Notes: generated by a model from the sequence alone, not told the origin. A DNA stretch of 64,000 nucleotides from an uncultured Thermoplasmata archaeon (GCA_963768855.1 CAVYJM010000006.1:832001-896000), one strand, 5' to 3'; counted from the first letter of the stretch, positions 10,089 to 20,012 are shown. Program-made: numbers and translations.

Positions 10089-11114
10089 ATGACGGACATC
10101 CGGAGGGCCGCGACGGTCCTCGCGCGGGACATGCTGAAGGTCAAGAAGGGCGAGACGGTCATCGTCTACGGGGACCCCGCCACGGACCCGAGCGTCGTCC
10201 GGGCGACGGTCGACGCGGTCGAGGCCCGCGGCGGCGTGCCCCTCGAGGCGTGGTATCGGATCAAGGGTCCGCCCGGCACGGAGCCCCCCGCCCCGTTCGC
10301 GGAGGCGATGCGGAAGGCGGACGTCCTCGTGGAGTTCGCGCGAACCTACCTCATCACGACGCGAGCGTTCCAGCGTGCGATGGACGCCGGAGCGAGGGCG
10401 ATGTGCCTGACGGGCATGGACGCGGACATGATGGTCCGCTGCATCGGGAACGTCTCCCTGCCCGCCCTGAAGGCGTTCGGCGGGACGCTCCAGAAGATGA
10501 CCCAGCGCGCGAAGAAGGCCCACGTCACATCGCCCGGAGGGACGGACCTGTGTTTCGACCTCGGGAAGCGACCGATCATCCTCGACACGGGGGAGTGCGT
10601 TACGCCCGGGCGGGACTCCTACCTCGGCGGCCAGATTTCCTGGGCCGCGGTCGAGGGGTCGATCGAAGGCAGTCTCGTCCTCGACGGGACCGTCTGGCCT
10701 CCCGATCCGCTCGCTCCCCTGCGGGAGCCGATTCGGCTCGAGCTGGATCGCGGTCGGATCGCGTCGATAGGCGGGGGCGAGGCCGCGAAGATCCTGCGGG
10801 ACTGGATCGAGCACTTCCGCGACCGCAAGATGTACAACGTGGCCCACTTCTGCTTCGGGTTCAATCCGGGCGCGAGCATCTCTGGGAAGATCCTGGAGGA
10901 CGAGCGCGCGTTCGGTGTCTTCGTGACCGGGTTCGGTTCCCAGATGGCGTCCTTCAAGGGTGGGTTCACCCTCGCGAAGAGCCACATCGACGGGGTGACG
11001 AGACGCCCGACGATCACCTTCGACGGGGAGACGATTCAGCGCGATGGTGCGTTCGTGCACCCGAAACTCGTTCCTCTCGAAAAGCGCCTCCTGGCCGAAC
11101 GGCCACCTGACTGA
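10089..11114 (+). CDS. Aminopeptidase-like (thermophilic metalloprotease M29 / leucyl-aminopeptidase-like) hydrolase
   Basis: HVTSPGGTDL, GSLVLDGTV, VAHFCFGFNPGA, EDER.FG, HIDGV...PTITFDG. Confidence 0.7.
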   Translation: MTDIRRAATVLARDMLKVKKGETVIVYGDPATDPSVVRATVDAVEARGGVPLEAWYRIKGPPGTEPPAPFAEAMRKADVLVEFARTYLITTRAFQRAMDAGARAMCLTGMDADMMVRCIGNVSLPALKAFGGTLQKMTQRAKKAHVTSPGGTDLCFDLGKRPIILDTGECVTPGRDSYLGGQISWAAVEGSIEGSLVLDGTVWPPDPLAPLREPIRLELDRGRIASIGGGEAAKILRDWIEHFRDRKMYNVAHFCFGFNPGASISGKILEDERAFGVFVTGFGSQMASFKGGFTLAKSHIDGVTRRPTITFDGETIQRDGAFVHPKLVPLEKRLLAERPPD

Positions 11115-11244
11115 GGGGCGCCGCAGGTCTAGAGTCGGTCGTGGTCTTCGCGCGCCGGCAACGGCCGACCTCAAAGATGGCCCCTGGGTAATGGCGTAAG
11201 TTATATCCCCGCGCATCCGGATGGGGAGGCATCCGAGGGGTGCT

Positions 11245-14079
11245 GTGAGCCTACTTCGGTACGCCGGCTCGGGAATCCTGCGAAACCGGAGGCGGACCTT
11301 CTCCTCCATCCTCGGCGTCCTCCTCGCGGTCACGTTCGTCGCGGGCACCTTCATCGCGATTGACTCCTCGACCCGGGCCACGCTAGACGCCTCGCTCCAG
11401 TCCATCCAGGGAGATTTCAGCTACTATGCCTATCCGCTCAGCACGGGACCACAGTACACCCCGGGTCAGAGCAATGGCACGGATCTCCGGGACGCCATGG
11501 CGGCCGTGCCCGGAGTCGAAGACGCGTCCGTCTATCGGCAAGTCAACAGCTACTCAGGAGGTCTGCTCCTCTCGAACCCGACGGACCCGGTGAACACAAC
11601 CGCGTACATCGGTTCGATGCTTGCGGTCGATCCCTACCATCTCCCGTACCAGCTGCGCCAGGCCACGGTCTCCGGGTCCACCCTGCTCCCGAACGGCACG
11701 CTCCTGCTGGACACCCAGACGGCGAACCAGATTCGGGCGAAGCTGGGCGACTCCTTGAACCTGACTTACCAACAGTGGAACGGGACGGGCGTGACGAACA
11801 TCTCGATGCTGTTCACGCTCGGCGGGATCGCCACCCTCTCGTCCACGTACGGATACGGCGGCCCCGTGTACGGACCGTACCCGCCGTACTATGGGAGCCT
11901 GGTTGCCTTCAACCTGCGGGACTTGGACTGGGTCGTCAACCGTCTGAATCTGACCAACGCCTACTCTTCCCAGATCCAGGGCGAGGTGTGGATCGACCGG
12001 GCCCGCTTCGTCGATCCGTATGATCTCTCCGCCACGACGTTCCGGCTGACCCGCCTCGATCGCCAACTGACCCAGGCCATGATCGCGGCTGGATACACAG
12101 GGAGCGTGAACGACAACATCTCCCCCGCGATCCAGACGTTCTCCTCCCTGATCCTGTTCCAGCGCATCGAGTATCTGCTCCTCTCGTTCCCTGTGATTCT
12201 CCTAGGTCTCTATCTGGGGGCCGTGGGCGTCGATCTCGGCCACGCGGAGCGCCGTCGGGAGCTCGGCGTCCTCAAGACGCGGGGCGCGAGCCGACGGCAG
12301 GTCGCCCTGCTTCTCATCCTCGAATCGCTCCTCGGCGGGTTCGTCGCGACGGTCCTCGGACTGCTTTTCGGCGTCGCCTTGAGCCGCGTCCTCATCGGCG
12401 TAGTCACCCCCTTCGGCGCCTCCGCGGCGTACGGCGTCGTGACCCTGACCCCGGACACGATCATCATCGTGGCCATCCTGAGCACGCTCTTCATGGGAAT
12501 CGTCAGCTATCGGTCGGCGAGGCGGACCGCGAGCCTGCCGATCATCGAGACCCTCCGCTACTACGCTCCGGGCGAGACCCGCATCCAGTACTCCCCGACC
12601 CTGGACATCCTCATGATTGGGTACAGCGTGTTCGTTTACATCCTGTACTTCTACATCACCTCCAACGCCTCGAACTTCTTCATCTTCATGATTGGGAGCC
12701 TGTTCCTCATCACCCTCCCGGTCACTCCCATCCTCCTGATCGTCGGGTCCGTACGTCTCATGACTCGGTCCACCGGGCGGGTGTACGAGTGGACGACCCG
12801 GCTCATCCGGCCGTTCGCGAAGAACCTCGAGTACGTGGTCAGCCGCAACCTCTCTCGGAATCCGCGGCGTTCCTCGAACATCGCGATCATCATCGCCCTT
12901 GGGCTGGCCTTCGGCGTCTTCATCATGTCTTCCCTGGGGTCACAGCAGGCGGTGCAACAGGCGAGCCTCCGCGCCAGCATCGGCGCCGACATGTCCGTGA
13001 GCATCCCGTTCACATCCAACGGATCCGCGGACCTGGGCTTCCCGTCCAACCTCAGCAAGGTGTCCGGTGTCGCGGCCATCGCGCACGTCCTCCCCCTGAA
13101 CGTGTTAGTCTCGCCAGGCGTCATGTACGGTTCCGCATCCGTCTTCTCGTTGGATCCGACCACCTACTTCTCCGTGGCGCAGCCGGCGCCCTACTTCTTC
13201 GAGGACCCTGCGAGTGAGGCGGGGGCGCAGGCCGTGCTCGCGACGCCGGGTCAGGTCCTGATCACGGGTCAGTTCGCCAGGGATGCAGCGCTCCAAGTCG
13301 GAGATTCGCTCTACCTGAGCGCGACGACGTATCCGAACGGCACGCCTCAGACCGTATCCCTCACGGCCACGATCGGCGGGATCGTCCGGTTCCTGCCCGG
13401 CACCTACAACGGCTTCTTCTACGGGTCCGCCACCGCGCCCGACGAGGTCTACGGGAGCAACCAGACCTTCGCGAAGCTCATCGCGGCGACCGAGGGCGCA
13501 GGCTTCTACTACTCGAGCTCGGACCGCTTCCTGGTCTCCCTCCAGCCGGGCGCCGACTGGAAGACCGTCAAAGCGGACGTGCTAGCGCTTGGTTCCGCAG
13601 ACGTCCTGGTGTACCAGGAGCAGCTCGACCAGATCAACAACAACGCGTTCACCGGATCCTTCCTCGGTTTCATCCGCATGGAGATCGCGTTCATCGTGGT
13701 CATCCTGACGGCGGGCCTGGGTCTCATCATCTACGCCGCAAGCCTGGAACGGACGGTCGAGTTCGCGGGCATTACCGCACGCGGCTCAAGCGGGTGGCAG
13801 ACCGCGGGTCTTCTGGTCGGCGAGGCCTTCGTCATCATGCTCCTCGGGGTCCTCATGGGGCTCGTCGTCGGTCTGATCACGGGATACCTCTCCGTCTCGA
13901 TTACCACGCCTAGTTTCACTGGGGCCGAACCCATCGTCCCGAACCTGTTCGTGTTCCCGTTGGAAGCCCTCCTCCTCGTCATCCTCGCCCCCGCGGCGAT
14001 GCTCGGGACCACAATCCTGGTCGCGTGGAGGATTGCGAAGATGAATGTCGCACGTGTGCTCAAGATGCGAGGCGGATGA
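11245..14079 (+). CDS. Large FtsX/MacB-like ABC permease
   Basis: Two FtsX-type modules (ERRRELGVLKTRGAS; ERTVEFAGITARGSS), large extracytoplasmic loops with many sequons; GTG start after GAGGGG. Confidence 0.85.
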   Translation: MSLLRYAGSGILRNRRRTFSSILGVLLAVTFVAGTFIAIDSSTRATLDASLQSIQGDFSYYAYPLSTGPQYTPGQSNGTDLRDAMAAVPGVEDASVYRQVNSYSGGLLLSNPTDPVNTTAYIGSMLAVDPYHLPYQLRQATVSGSTLLPNGTLLLDTQTANQIRAKLGDSLNLTYQQWNGTGVTNISMLFTLGGIATLSSTYGYGGPVYGPYPPYYGSLVAFNLRDLDWVVNRLNLTNAYSSQIQGEVWIDRARFVDPYDLSATTFRLTRLDRQLTQAMIAAGYTGSVNDNISPAIQTFSSLILFQRIEYLLLSFPVILLGLYLGAVGVDLGHAERRRELGVLKTRGASRRQVALLLILESLLGGFVATVLGLLFGVALSRVLIGVVTPFGASAAYGVVTLTPDTIIIVAILSTLFMGIVSYRSARRTASLPIIETLRYYAPGETRIQYSPTLDILMIGYSVFVYILYFYITSNASNFFIFMIGSLFLITLPVTPILLIVGSVRLMTRSTGRVYEWTTRLIRPFAKNLEYVVSRNLSRNPRRSSNIAIIIALGLAFGVFIMSSLGSQQAVQQASLRASIGADMSVSIPFTSNGSADLGFPSNLSKVSGVAAIAHVLPLNVLVSPGVMYGSASVFSLDPTTYFSVAQPAPYFFEDPASEAGAQAVLATPGQVLITGQFARDAALQVGDSLYLSATTYPNGTPQTVSLTATIGGIVRFLPGTYNGFFYGSATAPDEVYGSNQTFAKLIAATEGAGFYYSSSDRFLVSLQPGADWKTVKADVLALGSADVLVYQEQLDQINNNAFTGSFLGFIRMEIAFIVVILTAGLGLIIYAASLERTVEFAGITARGSSGWQTAGLLVGEAFVIMLLGVLMGLVVGLITGYLSVSITTPSFTGAEPIVPNLFVFPLEALLLVILAPAAMLGTTILVAWRIAKMNVARVLKMRGG

Positions 14080-14080
14080 G

Positions 14081-14767
14081 ATGCCCGAAGTCGTGATGAA
14101 GGACTTGATGAAAGTGTACCGTACAGGGAAGTCGGAGGTCATCGCATTGCGCGGCCTCGATATGACCGTCGGCAACGGGGAACTCGTTGCGGTCCAGGGG
14201 CCGAGTGGATGCGGGAAGACCACCTTGCTCAACCTGGTCGGCGGCATCGATCGCCCGACGGCCGGTCGCGTCGAAGTCGACGGGACGAACGTCCCCGACC
14301 TGAGTGACGCGGACCTCGTGAAGTACCGGCGGAACCGGGTGGGCTTCGTGTTCCAGTTCTTCAACCTGGTGCCGACGTTGACCGCCGAGGAGAATATCCA
14401 GCTCCCGATGCGGCTTGCCGGCAAAGCCGCGAAGGATCGCGAGGCACGCACGCACGAACTGCTGAAGCTCATCGACTTGGAGAAGAGGGCAATCCATCGG
14501 CCTGACGAACTGAGCGGCGGCGAACAGCAGCGCATCGCCCTAGCCACGGCGCTCGCGAACGATCCCCCGCTCATCCTGGCGGATGAACCGACCGGCGAGC
14601 TGGACACGAAGACGGGCCATGAGATCCTCGAGCTCTTCGGGCGGCTGAACCAGGAATTCAAGAAGACGATCCTCGTGGTCACCCACGACCAGCGCGTCGC
14701 GAACATCGCCCATCGCGTGCTACAGATCGAGGACGGTAAAATCACCGGTGAGACCACCCGGTCCTGA
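14081..14767 (+). CDS. ABC transporter ATP-binding protein (LolD/MacB-type)
   Basis: GPSGCGKT, FVFQFFNL, LSGGEQQR, LADEPTGELD, VVTHD. Confidence 0.92.
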   Translation: MPEVVMKDLMKVYRTGKSEVIALRGLDMTVGNGELVAVQGPSGCGKTTLLNLVGGIDRPTAGRVEVDGTNVPDLSDADLVKYRRNRVGFVFQFFNLVPTLTAEENIQLPMRLAGKAAKDREARTHELLKLIDLEKRAIHRPDELSGGEQQRIALATALANDPPLILADEPTGELDTKTGHEILELFGRLNQEFKKTILVVTHDQRVANIAHRVLQIEDGKITGETTRS

Positions 14768-14878
14768 CGGCGACCTCGGAACTCGTCGCGCCGGAACCCG
14801 TCACTGGCTCCGAACGGTAACGACGTCGAATCCATCGCCTCGCTCCCCGTTGCCGGAGACGGAGGAAGGGGAGGACCC

Positions 14879-16081
14879 ATGCGTCGGGTCATGACGGTTG
14901 CAGCGGGCTTGCTGGTGGGGATTGTGATTGCCCTCGCGGCATTCCAAGGGGTGAGTGCGAAGTCGCCGAAAGCCTCGTGGACCGTGATGGTCTACCTGGA
15001 CGGTGACAATAACCTCGACCCGGACGCCCATGTCGACATGGGCGAGATGGCTGTGGTGGGCTCCACCTCGGCGGTCAACGTCGTCGTCCTGCTGGACGAG
15101 TTCGACGGCCCCGCGAACCTGCTCAAGGTGACCGCGGGAGGCAGCCAGCTCGTTTCCGGATTCCCGCTGAATGGCATCGAGGCGGACATGGGCGACGGGA
15201 ACACGCTGGCCGTCTTCGTCGACTTCGTCGTGGCCAAGTTCCCAGCGGATCACTATCTCCTGGACCTCTGGGACCATGGGGACGACTTCCGCGGGTTCGC
15301 GTGGGATGACCATCCGAACCTGGACAACTCCCCCGGCGACGACTTCATGACGCACACGGAGATCGTGAACGCCCTCTCGGGCCATCACCTCGACATCCTG
15401 GCGTTCGACGGGTGCGTGATGAGCAACCTCGAGGTGTCGTACGAGTATGCCGCCCGCGGACTCGCGATCGACTACCTCGTGGCCTCCGAGATCTACATCC
15501 CCAACCAGGGCTTCGCCTACGACGGGCTCCTCGCGCCGCTCATCGCGAAACCCTCTATGGACGCGCTCACGCTCTCGAAGACGATCGTGGACTCCTACCT
15601 GGCGTACTACGGCGACGGCGGCTGGCAGGTCGGGCTGTCCGTGCTCAAGATGTCCAGCGTTCCGGGCTTGGTGTCCGCGGTTGGCGACCTCACGAGCGCC
15701 CTCCAGGCGGACATGCCGGTCTACCGCGACTGCATCGGCGACGCCCGAGGCAAGGCGCATCTCGGGTGGTCCATGACGGGCTGGGAGTCTTTCGTCGACT
15801 TCCCGACTTGGGTCACGACCCTGGAGCGGTGTCTCGGTCCGAACGCGGACCTGGCCCCCTTGTTCGCTGGAGTGAACGCCCAGCTGGCCGCGACGCTCCT
15901 GTACGTGCGCAACGCACACGCGCTCGACGTGAAGGGAGCGGGCGGCATGGGCGTCTTCTTCCCCGGTTCCGCCGGCTCGTTCGAGAACAACGCCTTCTGG
16001 CACGGGGAGTACTTCCTGGCGACCCAGTTCGCGTCCCAGGGATGGTACGACTTCCTCTGCGCCTACTGGGGCACCACATAG
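14879..16081 (+). CDS. Secreted clostripain-related cysteine peptidase (family C11)
   Basis: Signal peptide, WTVMVYLDGDNNL, LWDHG (catalytic His), FDGCVM (catalytic Cys), LVASE. Confidence 0.85.
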   Translation: MRRVMTVAAGLLVGIVIALAAFQGVSAKSPKASWTVMVYLDGDNNLDPDAHVDMGEMAVVGSTSAVNVVVLLDEFDGPANLLKVTAGGSQLVSGFPLNGIEADMGDGNTLAVFVDFVVAKFPADHYLLDLWDHGDDFRGFAWDDHPNLDNSPGDDFMTHTEIVNALSGHHLDILAFDGCVMSNLEVSYEYAARGLAIDYLVASEIYIPNQGFAYDGLLAPLIAKPSMDALTLSKTIVDSYLAYYGDGGWQVGLSVLKMSSVPGLVSAVGDLTSALQADMPVYRDCIGDARGKAHLGWSMTGWESFVDFPTWVTTLERCLGPNADLAPLFAGVNAQLAATLLYVRNAHALDVKGAGGMGVFFPGSAGSFENNAFWHGEYFLATQFASQGWYDFLCAYWGTT

Positions 16082-16129
16082 GAGTTCGAGCGTCGCGTGC
16101 CTACGCAGGGAGGCCACAGGCCGACGCGC

Positions 16130-17080
16130 TCAGAGAGCAATCTCCGTCCCGAACCCCTGCTCCCGGGCGCGCTCGTAGACCAGGGAGCCGACCGCCACGT
16201 CTTCGATCGCGAGTCCGAGCGACTTGAAAAGAGTCGTGTCGCCGGCCATCCGGCGTCCTTTCGATTTCCCTGCGACCACCTCGGCCAGCTCGAGGATCTG
16301 GTCCCACCGTAGGAGCCCTCGTGAGATCGGGTCCAGCAGGTCCCCCGCCTCCAGGCGCGCCTGTTCGATGGAGTCCGCCGTGATGAGCGTGCAGCGCTGG
16401 ATGGCCGCGTCGTCCAGCTCCCGCGCATCGATGTGGTTTCCTCCGATCGCGTTCAGGTGGACTCCGGGTTCCAGCCACTCCCCGCGAACGACGGGGTTCT
16501 TCGAGTTGGTCGCGGTAATCACGATCTCCGCTCGCCGCACGGCCGCCTCCGGCGACTCCGCGGCTGCCACGTCGACGCCCAGGGATTTCGTCACTCTTTC
16601 CGCGAACGCCTTGCATTGCGGTCCGTCTCGGCTGTAGCAGCGGACGCCCGTGATGGGGCGGACGGCGCACAGAGCTTCGAGCTGGCTCTCGGCCTGCCAG
16701 CCCGTCCCAAGGAGGGCTGCCTTCGACGCCTTGTCGCGAGCGAGGAACTTCGTCGCGATCCCGCTGGCCGCTCCGGTGCGTTGCTGTCCGAGCCGGTTCG
16801 CCTGCATGACAGCAAGCAGCTCGCCGCTCTTCGCGTCGAACAGGTGGAACCAGAAGTGCACGGACTCGCGGGAGATTGAGTAGTACTTGAAACCATAGTA
16901 GCCGCGGGAGGGCCAGGAGGCCGGCATGACGTTCAGGAGGGCGTGCGGGCCGCGCACCCGTTGCCGGGGTCGGTTCTCCGCCTTCCCTTCCCCTAGGTCC
17001 CGCAGCGCCGCCTCGACCTCGCGCAGCGCGTCTTTCATCGTCAGGAGCTGGGCGACGTCCTCCTCCGTGAGGTGCAGCAT
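16130..17080 (-). CDS. Ornithine cyclodeaminase / mu-crystallin / alanine dehydrogenase family
   Basis: RTGAASGIAT, GTGWQA, ITATNS, HLNAIG, FKSLGLAIEDVA. Confidence 0.88.
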   Translation of the reverse strand: MLHLTEEDVAQLLTMKDALREVEAALRDLGEGKAENRPRQRVRGPHALLNVMPASWPSRGYYGFKYYSISRESVHFWFHLFDAKSGELLAVMQANRLGQQRTGAASGIATKFLARDKASKAALLGTGWQAESQLEALCAVRPITGVRCYSRDGPQCKAFAERVTKSLGVDVAAAESPEAAVRRAEIVITATNSKNPVVRGEWLEPGVHLNAIGGNHIDARELDDAAIQRCTLITADSIEQARLEAGDLLDPISRGLLRWDQILELAEVVAGKSKGRRMAGDTTLFKSLGLAIEDVAVGSLVYERAREQGFGTEIAL

Positions 17081-17132
17081 CACGTACCCCGAAGCCACTC
17101 CGCCTCTTGAAGCCGCCGTGCGCGGTCCCAGG

Positions 17133-19157
17133 TCACGTGGCCGCAGGCCGCAGCAATTCCTCAGGCTTCAGCGGTGTCCGCGTGAGCCGGCGGCCGATCT
17201 GGCGCTCGACCGCGCGCATGAGGGCCGGGGGAACCCCGATTGTCGGGCTCTCCCCCACGCCCTTCGCGCCGTGGGGCGTGTTCGAGCGGGTCTTCGCGGT
17301 CTTCACCGTGAACGCGGGCATCTCCGTGGCGGAGAGCAACCCTGCGTCCCCGATCGTTCCGACGAGGGATTGTCCGTCCGCGTCGTAGAAGGCGCCCTCG
17401 GAGAGGACCTGACCGATTCCCTGCGCGGATCCGCCAATCACCTGGCTCTCGAGCATCGGGCGGTTCAGGACCTCGCCCGCGTCGTAATACGCGACGACCT
17501 CTCGCACCCGGACGAGGCCCGTCTCGTCCAGGTCGGCGGACACGAGGTTCGCCCCGAGCGAATTGAAGTTCCCCTCGGGTTTGAAGAACACCTTCACATC
17601 GTAGGTCCCCGCCAGGAGCTTCTTGGCGGAGTACGTCCCCGCCCGCTTCACCCGTGCTTTGAGCTTGCGCGCGGCCTCGATGGCGGCGCCCCCGCCGACG
17701 ATTGCCGTGCGGCTCCCCCAACTGCCGACCCCCTTCGGGACTGCATCCGTGTCGCTCTTCTCGAGGTCGATCAGCTCAGGCGGGACACCGAGTTCCTCGG
17801 AGACGAGCCGGCGCACGAAGACCTCGTGACCCTGGCCGTGCGGGTTTCCGCCGAGCCACACCTGGACGCGGCCGTCCCGCACGGAGATCCGCGCGCCCTC
17901 GCCGCTGTTCGCCGCAGGGAGGAGGATGAACGAGGAGAAGCCCGTCTTTCCGTCCGCCGCGCGGTCGCGGTAACCCGTCTCGCGGATCGCGTCCTCCAGG
18001 AACGCGCGGAACGGCGGAACCTGCATTCCCGTTGGGGACTTCCACGGCCCATCGGCCGCGTTCCGCAGCCGGAGATCCACGGGATCCATGGAAAGCTCAT
18101 CCGCGAGGAAGTCGAGCATGCGCTCGATGAAGAACGCCGCCTCCGGGCGACCCGCGCCCCGATAGGGCCCAAGGGGCACCTTGTTCGTGAAAACCGCCTT
18201 GCCGGTGACGAAGGCCTTCGGAATCGAGTAGGGCCCCGTCATCTGCATCCCGATCCAGCGGGGCGCCCATTCCGCCATCCCCGCGGAGTACGCCCCTCCG
18301 TCGATGAGGACGTCGCCGCGCATTCCCCGAACGAGGCCGTCCCGGTCCGCAGAGAGCGTGACCCGGGCGCGGGCTCCGCGGCCCTGCTCCGTGGCCTGGA
18401 GGTGCTCGTAGCGGGTCTCGATCCACCGCACGGGCCGCTTCTCCTTCATCGCCACATGGGCCGCCACGATGTACTCCGGGTAGATGCCCCCCTTGCTGCC
18501 GAACGCTCCGCCTGTGTCCATCTGGATCACCCGCACGGATCGCTTCGGAAGTCCGAGGCTCTGGCAGAATCCCTCCTGAAAACTCCCAACGGACTGCGTC
18601 GAGGCGTAGACGGTGAGGCGGCCGCCCTCCCACCGCGCGAGGACGCCGCGCGGCTCGAGTGGGTTCGGCACGACGCGCTCGCAGCGCAGGGTCTCCTCAA
18701 GGACCACGGGGGCGTCCGGGTCCGTGAACTTCACTCCGACCTGGCCGGAACCCATGATGTTGGACTTCGTCCCGGGGTGGATGGGCTCGGCGGTGAGGGC
18801 CGCCTCGGGATCCGGGACGGCCTGGAGCGGCTCGTAGTCGATCTCGACCGAGTCGAGGAGATCCTCGGCCTCCGCAGCGGTCCGGCCGACCACCGCGGCC
18901 ACCGGTTGCCCGACGTAGTTCACGCGGTCGCGGGCGAGGACCGGGTACGCGACGGATCCCATGCCTCCCTCCGCGCCCTCCCCGACTGCGCTCATGAGCG
19001 ACTTGACGTCGGCGGATGTGAGTCCGCCGCGAACGGAGCGGATGATCGCGCGGGCGTACCCGCTCCGCGCAATCTTCAGGTGGAGCGTGCCGGGGAGCTC
19101 GAGGTCCGCCACGTAGCTGCCCTTCCCGGTGAGGAAGCGGTCGAAGGTGTCGGTCAT
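17133..19157 (-). CDS. Xanthine dehydrogenase family molybdopterin-binding (large) subunit, CoxL-like but not form I CODH
   Basis: GGAFGSKG, PYRGAGRPEA, GNPHGQGHE, GSWGSR, GGSAQGIGQ, GAKGVGE. Confidence 0.88.
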   Translation of the reverse strand: MTDTFDRFLTGKGSYVADLELPGTLHLKIARSGYARAIIRSVRGGLTSADVKSLMSAVGEGAEGGMGSVAYPVLARDRVNYVGQPVAAVVGRTAAEAEDLLDSVEIDYEPLQAVPDPEAALTAEPIHPGTKSNIMGSGQVGVKFTDPDAPVVLEETLRCERVVPNPLEPRGVLARWEGGRLTVYASTQSVGSFQEGFCQSLGLPKRSVRVIQMDTGGAFGSKGGIYPEYIVAAHVAMKEKRPVRWIETRYEHLQATEQGRGARARVTLSADRDGLVRGMRGDVLIDGGAYSAGMAEWAPRWIGMQMTGPYSIPKAFVTGKAVFTNKVPLGPYRGAGRPEAAFFIERMLDFLADELSMDPVDLRLRNAADGPWKSPTGMQVPPFRAFLEDAIRETGYRDRAADGKTGFSSFILLPAANSGEGARISVRDGRVQVWLGGNPHGQGHEVFVRRLVSEELGVPPELIDLEKSDTDAVPKGVGSWGSRTAIVGGGAAIEAARKLKARVKRAGTYSAKKLLAGTYDVKVFFKPEGNFNSLGANLVSADLDETGLVRVREVVAYYDAGEVLNRPMLESQVIGGSAQGIGQVLSEGAFYDADGQSLVGTIGDAGLLSATEMPAFTVKTAKTRSNTPHGAKGVGESPTIGVPPALMRAVERQIGRRLTRTPLKPEELLRPAAT

Positions 19158-19297
19158 CTGCAGTCCTCCGAGCTCGGTCCGCCCTCGAAAGCCGCCCGCG
19201 CGATAAGCCTTTGCTCTCGTTGGATTCCCTGCGGCCGCGCGCCGCGCTTGCGCGGGAGCCATTCCCTTTTATCCGTCAACGGGATTCCGCGTCTCGG

Positions 19298-19942
19298 ATG
19301 ATTGAGGCTGCCCTCCGCGTGACCCTGCCGTGCAGCTGGGTGACGGAGGTCACGAGTGCGCACGGCGCGACAGTCAACCTGGTCGAGCAGAAGCCCGCCG
19401 GGGGCACGATCCTCCAGAGCCTCGTGGAGATCGACCCCGGAGGGGCCGAGCCTCAGGCCGTGGTCGACACGCTGCGCCGGAACCGTTTCGTCCACAGCGT
19501 CGAGGCGATCGTGCCGCCGAAGGGGAAGATCCTTGCGACTCTCCTCGTGGACAACTGCCACGCCTGCCACGAGCTCGCCCAGTCCGAATGCTTCCTGACG
19601 GACGCCACCGCCACGGAGGGCGGCGGTCTGGAGTGGCACCTCCTCGCGCCCCAGCGCTCGGCCGTCGAGGCCCTGGTCAAGACGCTGAGCGCGCGAGGCA
19701 TCGCGGTCGAGTTGATAGCGATCAAGAATGTCAGAGGGTCCGGGAGCCTCACGGACCGCCAAGAGCGCGTCCTGAGCCTCGCGTTCCAGCTCGGCTACTT
19801 CGAGTTCCCCAAGAAGATCGGCCTCACGGAGCTCGCGAAGAAGCTCGGTGTGTCAAAGGCCGCGCTGTCCGAGACCCTGCGGACCGGCGAGGAGAAGATT
19901 CTCCACTCCTACTTCCAGGGTCTCATGAAGCGGACCCGCTGA
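19298..19942 (+). CDS. Bacterio-opsin activator-type HTH-10 transcription regulator with Cys-rich N-terminal domain
   Basis: C-terminal LTDRQERVLSLAFQLGYFEFPKKIGLTELAKKLGVSKAALSETLRTGE; N-terminal C..., CHAC, SEC. Confidence 0.88.
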   Translation: MIEAALRVTLPCSWVTEVTSAHGATVNLVEQKPAGGTILQSLVEIDPGGAEPQAVVDTLRRNRFVHSVEAIVPPKGKILATLLVDNCHACHELAQSECFLTDATATEGGGLEWHLLAPQRSAVEALVKTLSARGIAVELIAIKNVRGSGSLTDRQERVLSLAFQLGYFEFPKKIGLTELAKKLGVSKAALSETLRTGEEKILHSYFQGLMKRTR

Positions 19943-19945
19943 ACT

Positions 19946-19961
19946 CCCGAACAGGTTCGGG
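19946..19961. promoter_or_regulatory. Inverted repeat CCCGAAC-AG-GTTCGGG (CGAA-N4-TTCG core) upstream of nirK
   Basis: Perfect 7-bp arms, about 50 bp upstream of the nirK start. Confidence 0.65.
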
Positions 19962-20012
19962 GAGACGGCTTACCGTGCGGGGTCCTCGCAGGTCCGTCCG
20001 AGGTGGTGTACG

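Noticed and set aside
17133-19157. Aerobic CO dehydrogenase (form I CoxL)
   Set aside because: Active-site loop is PYRGAGR, lacking the Cu-binding Cys; no coxMS adjacent
16926-19301. 791-aa plus-strand ORF and many similar long ORFs (21798-23402, 34310-35989, 57017-58585, 674-1654)
   Set aside because: Antisense or alternate-frame shadows of real genes in GC-rich DNA; Arg/Pro/Gly-rich with no motifs
19550-19575. CHACH as a c-type haem attachment motif
   Set aside because: It lies in a cytoplasmic HTH regulator with no export signal; more likely a metal or redox Cys cluster
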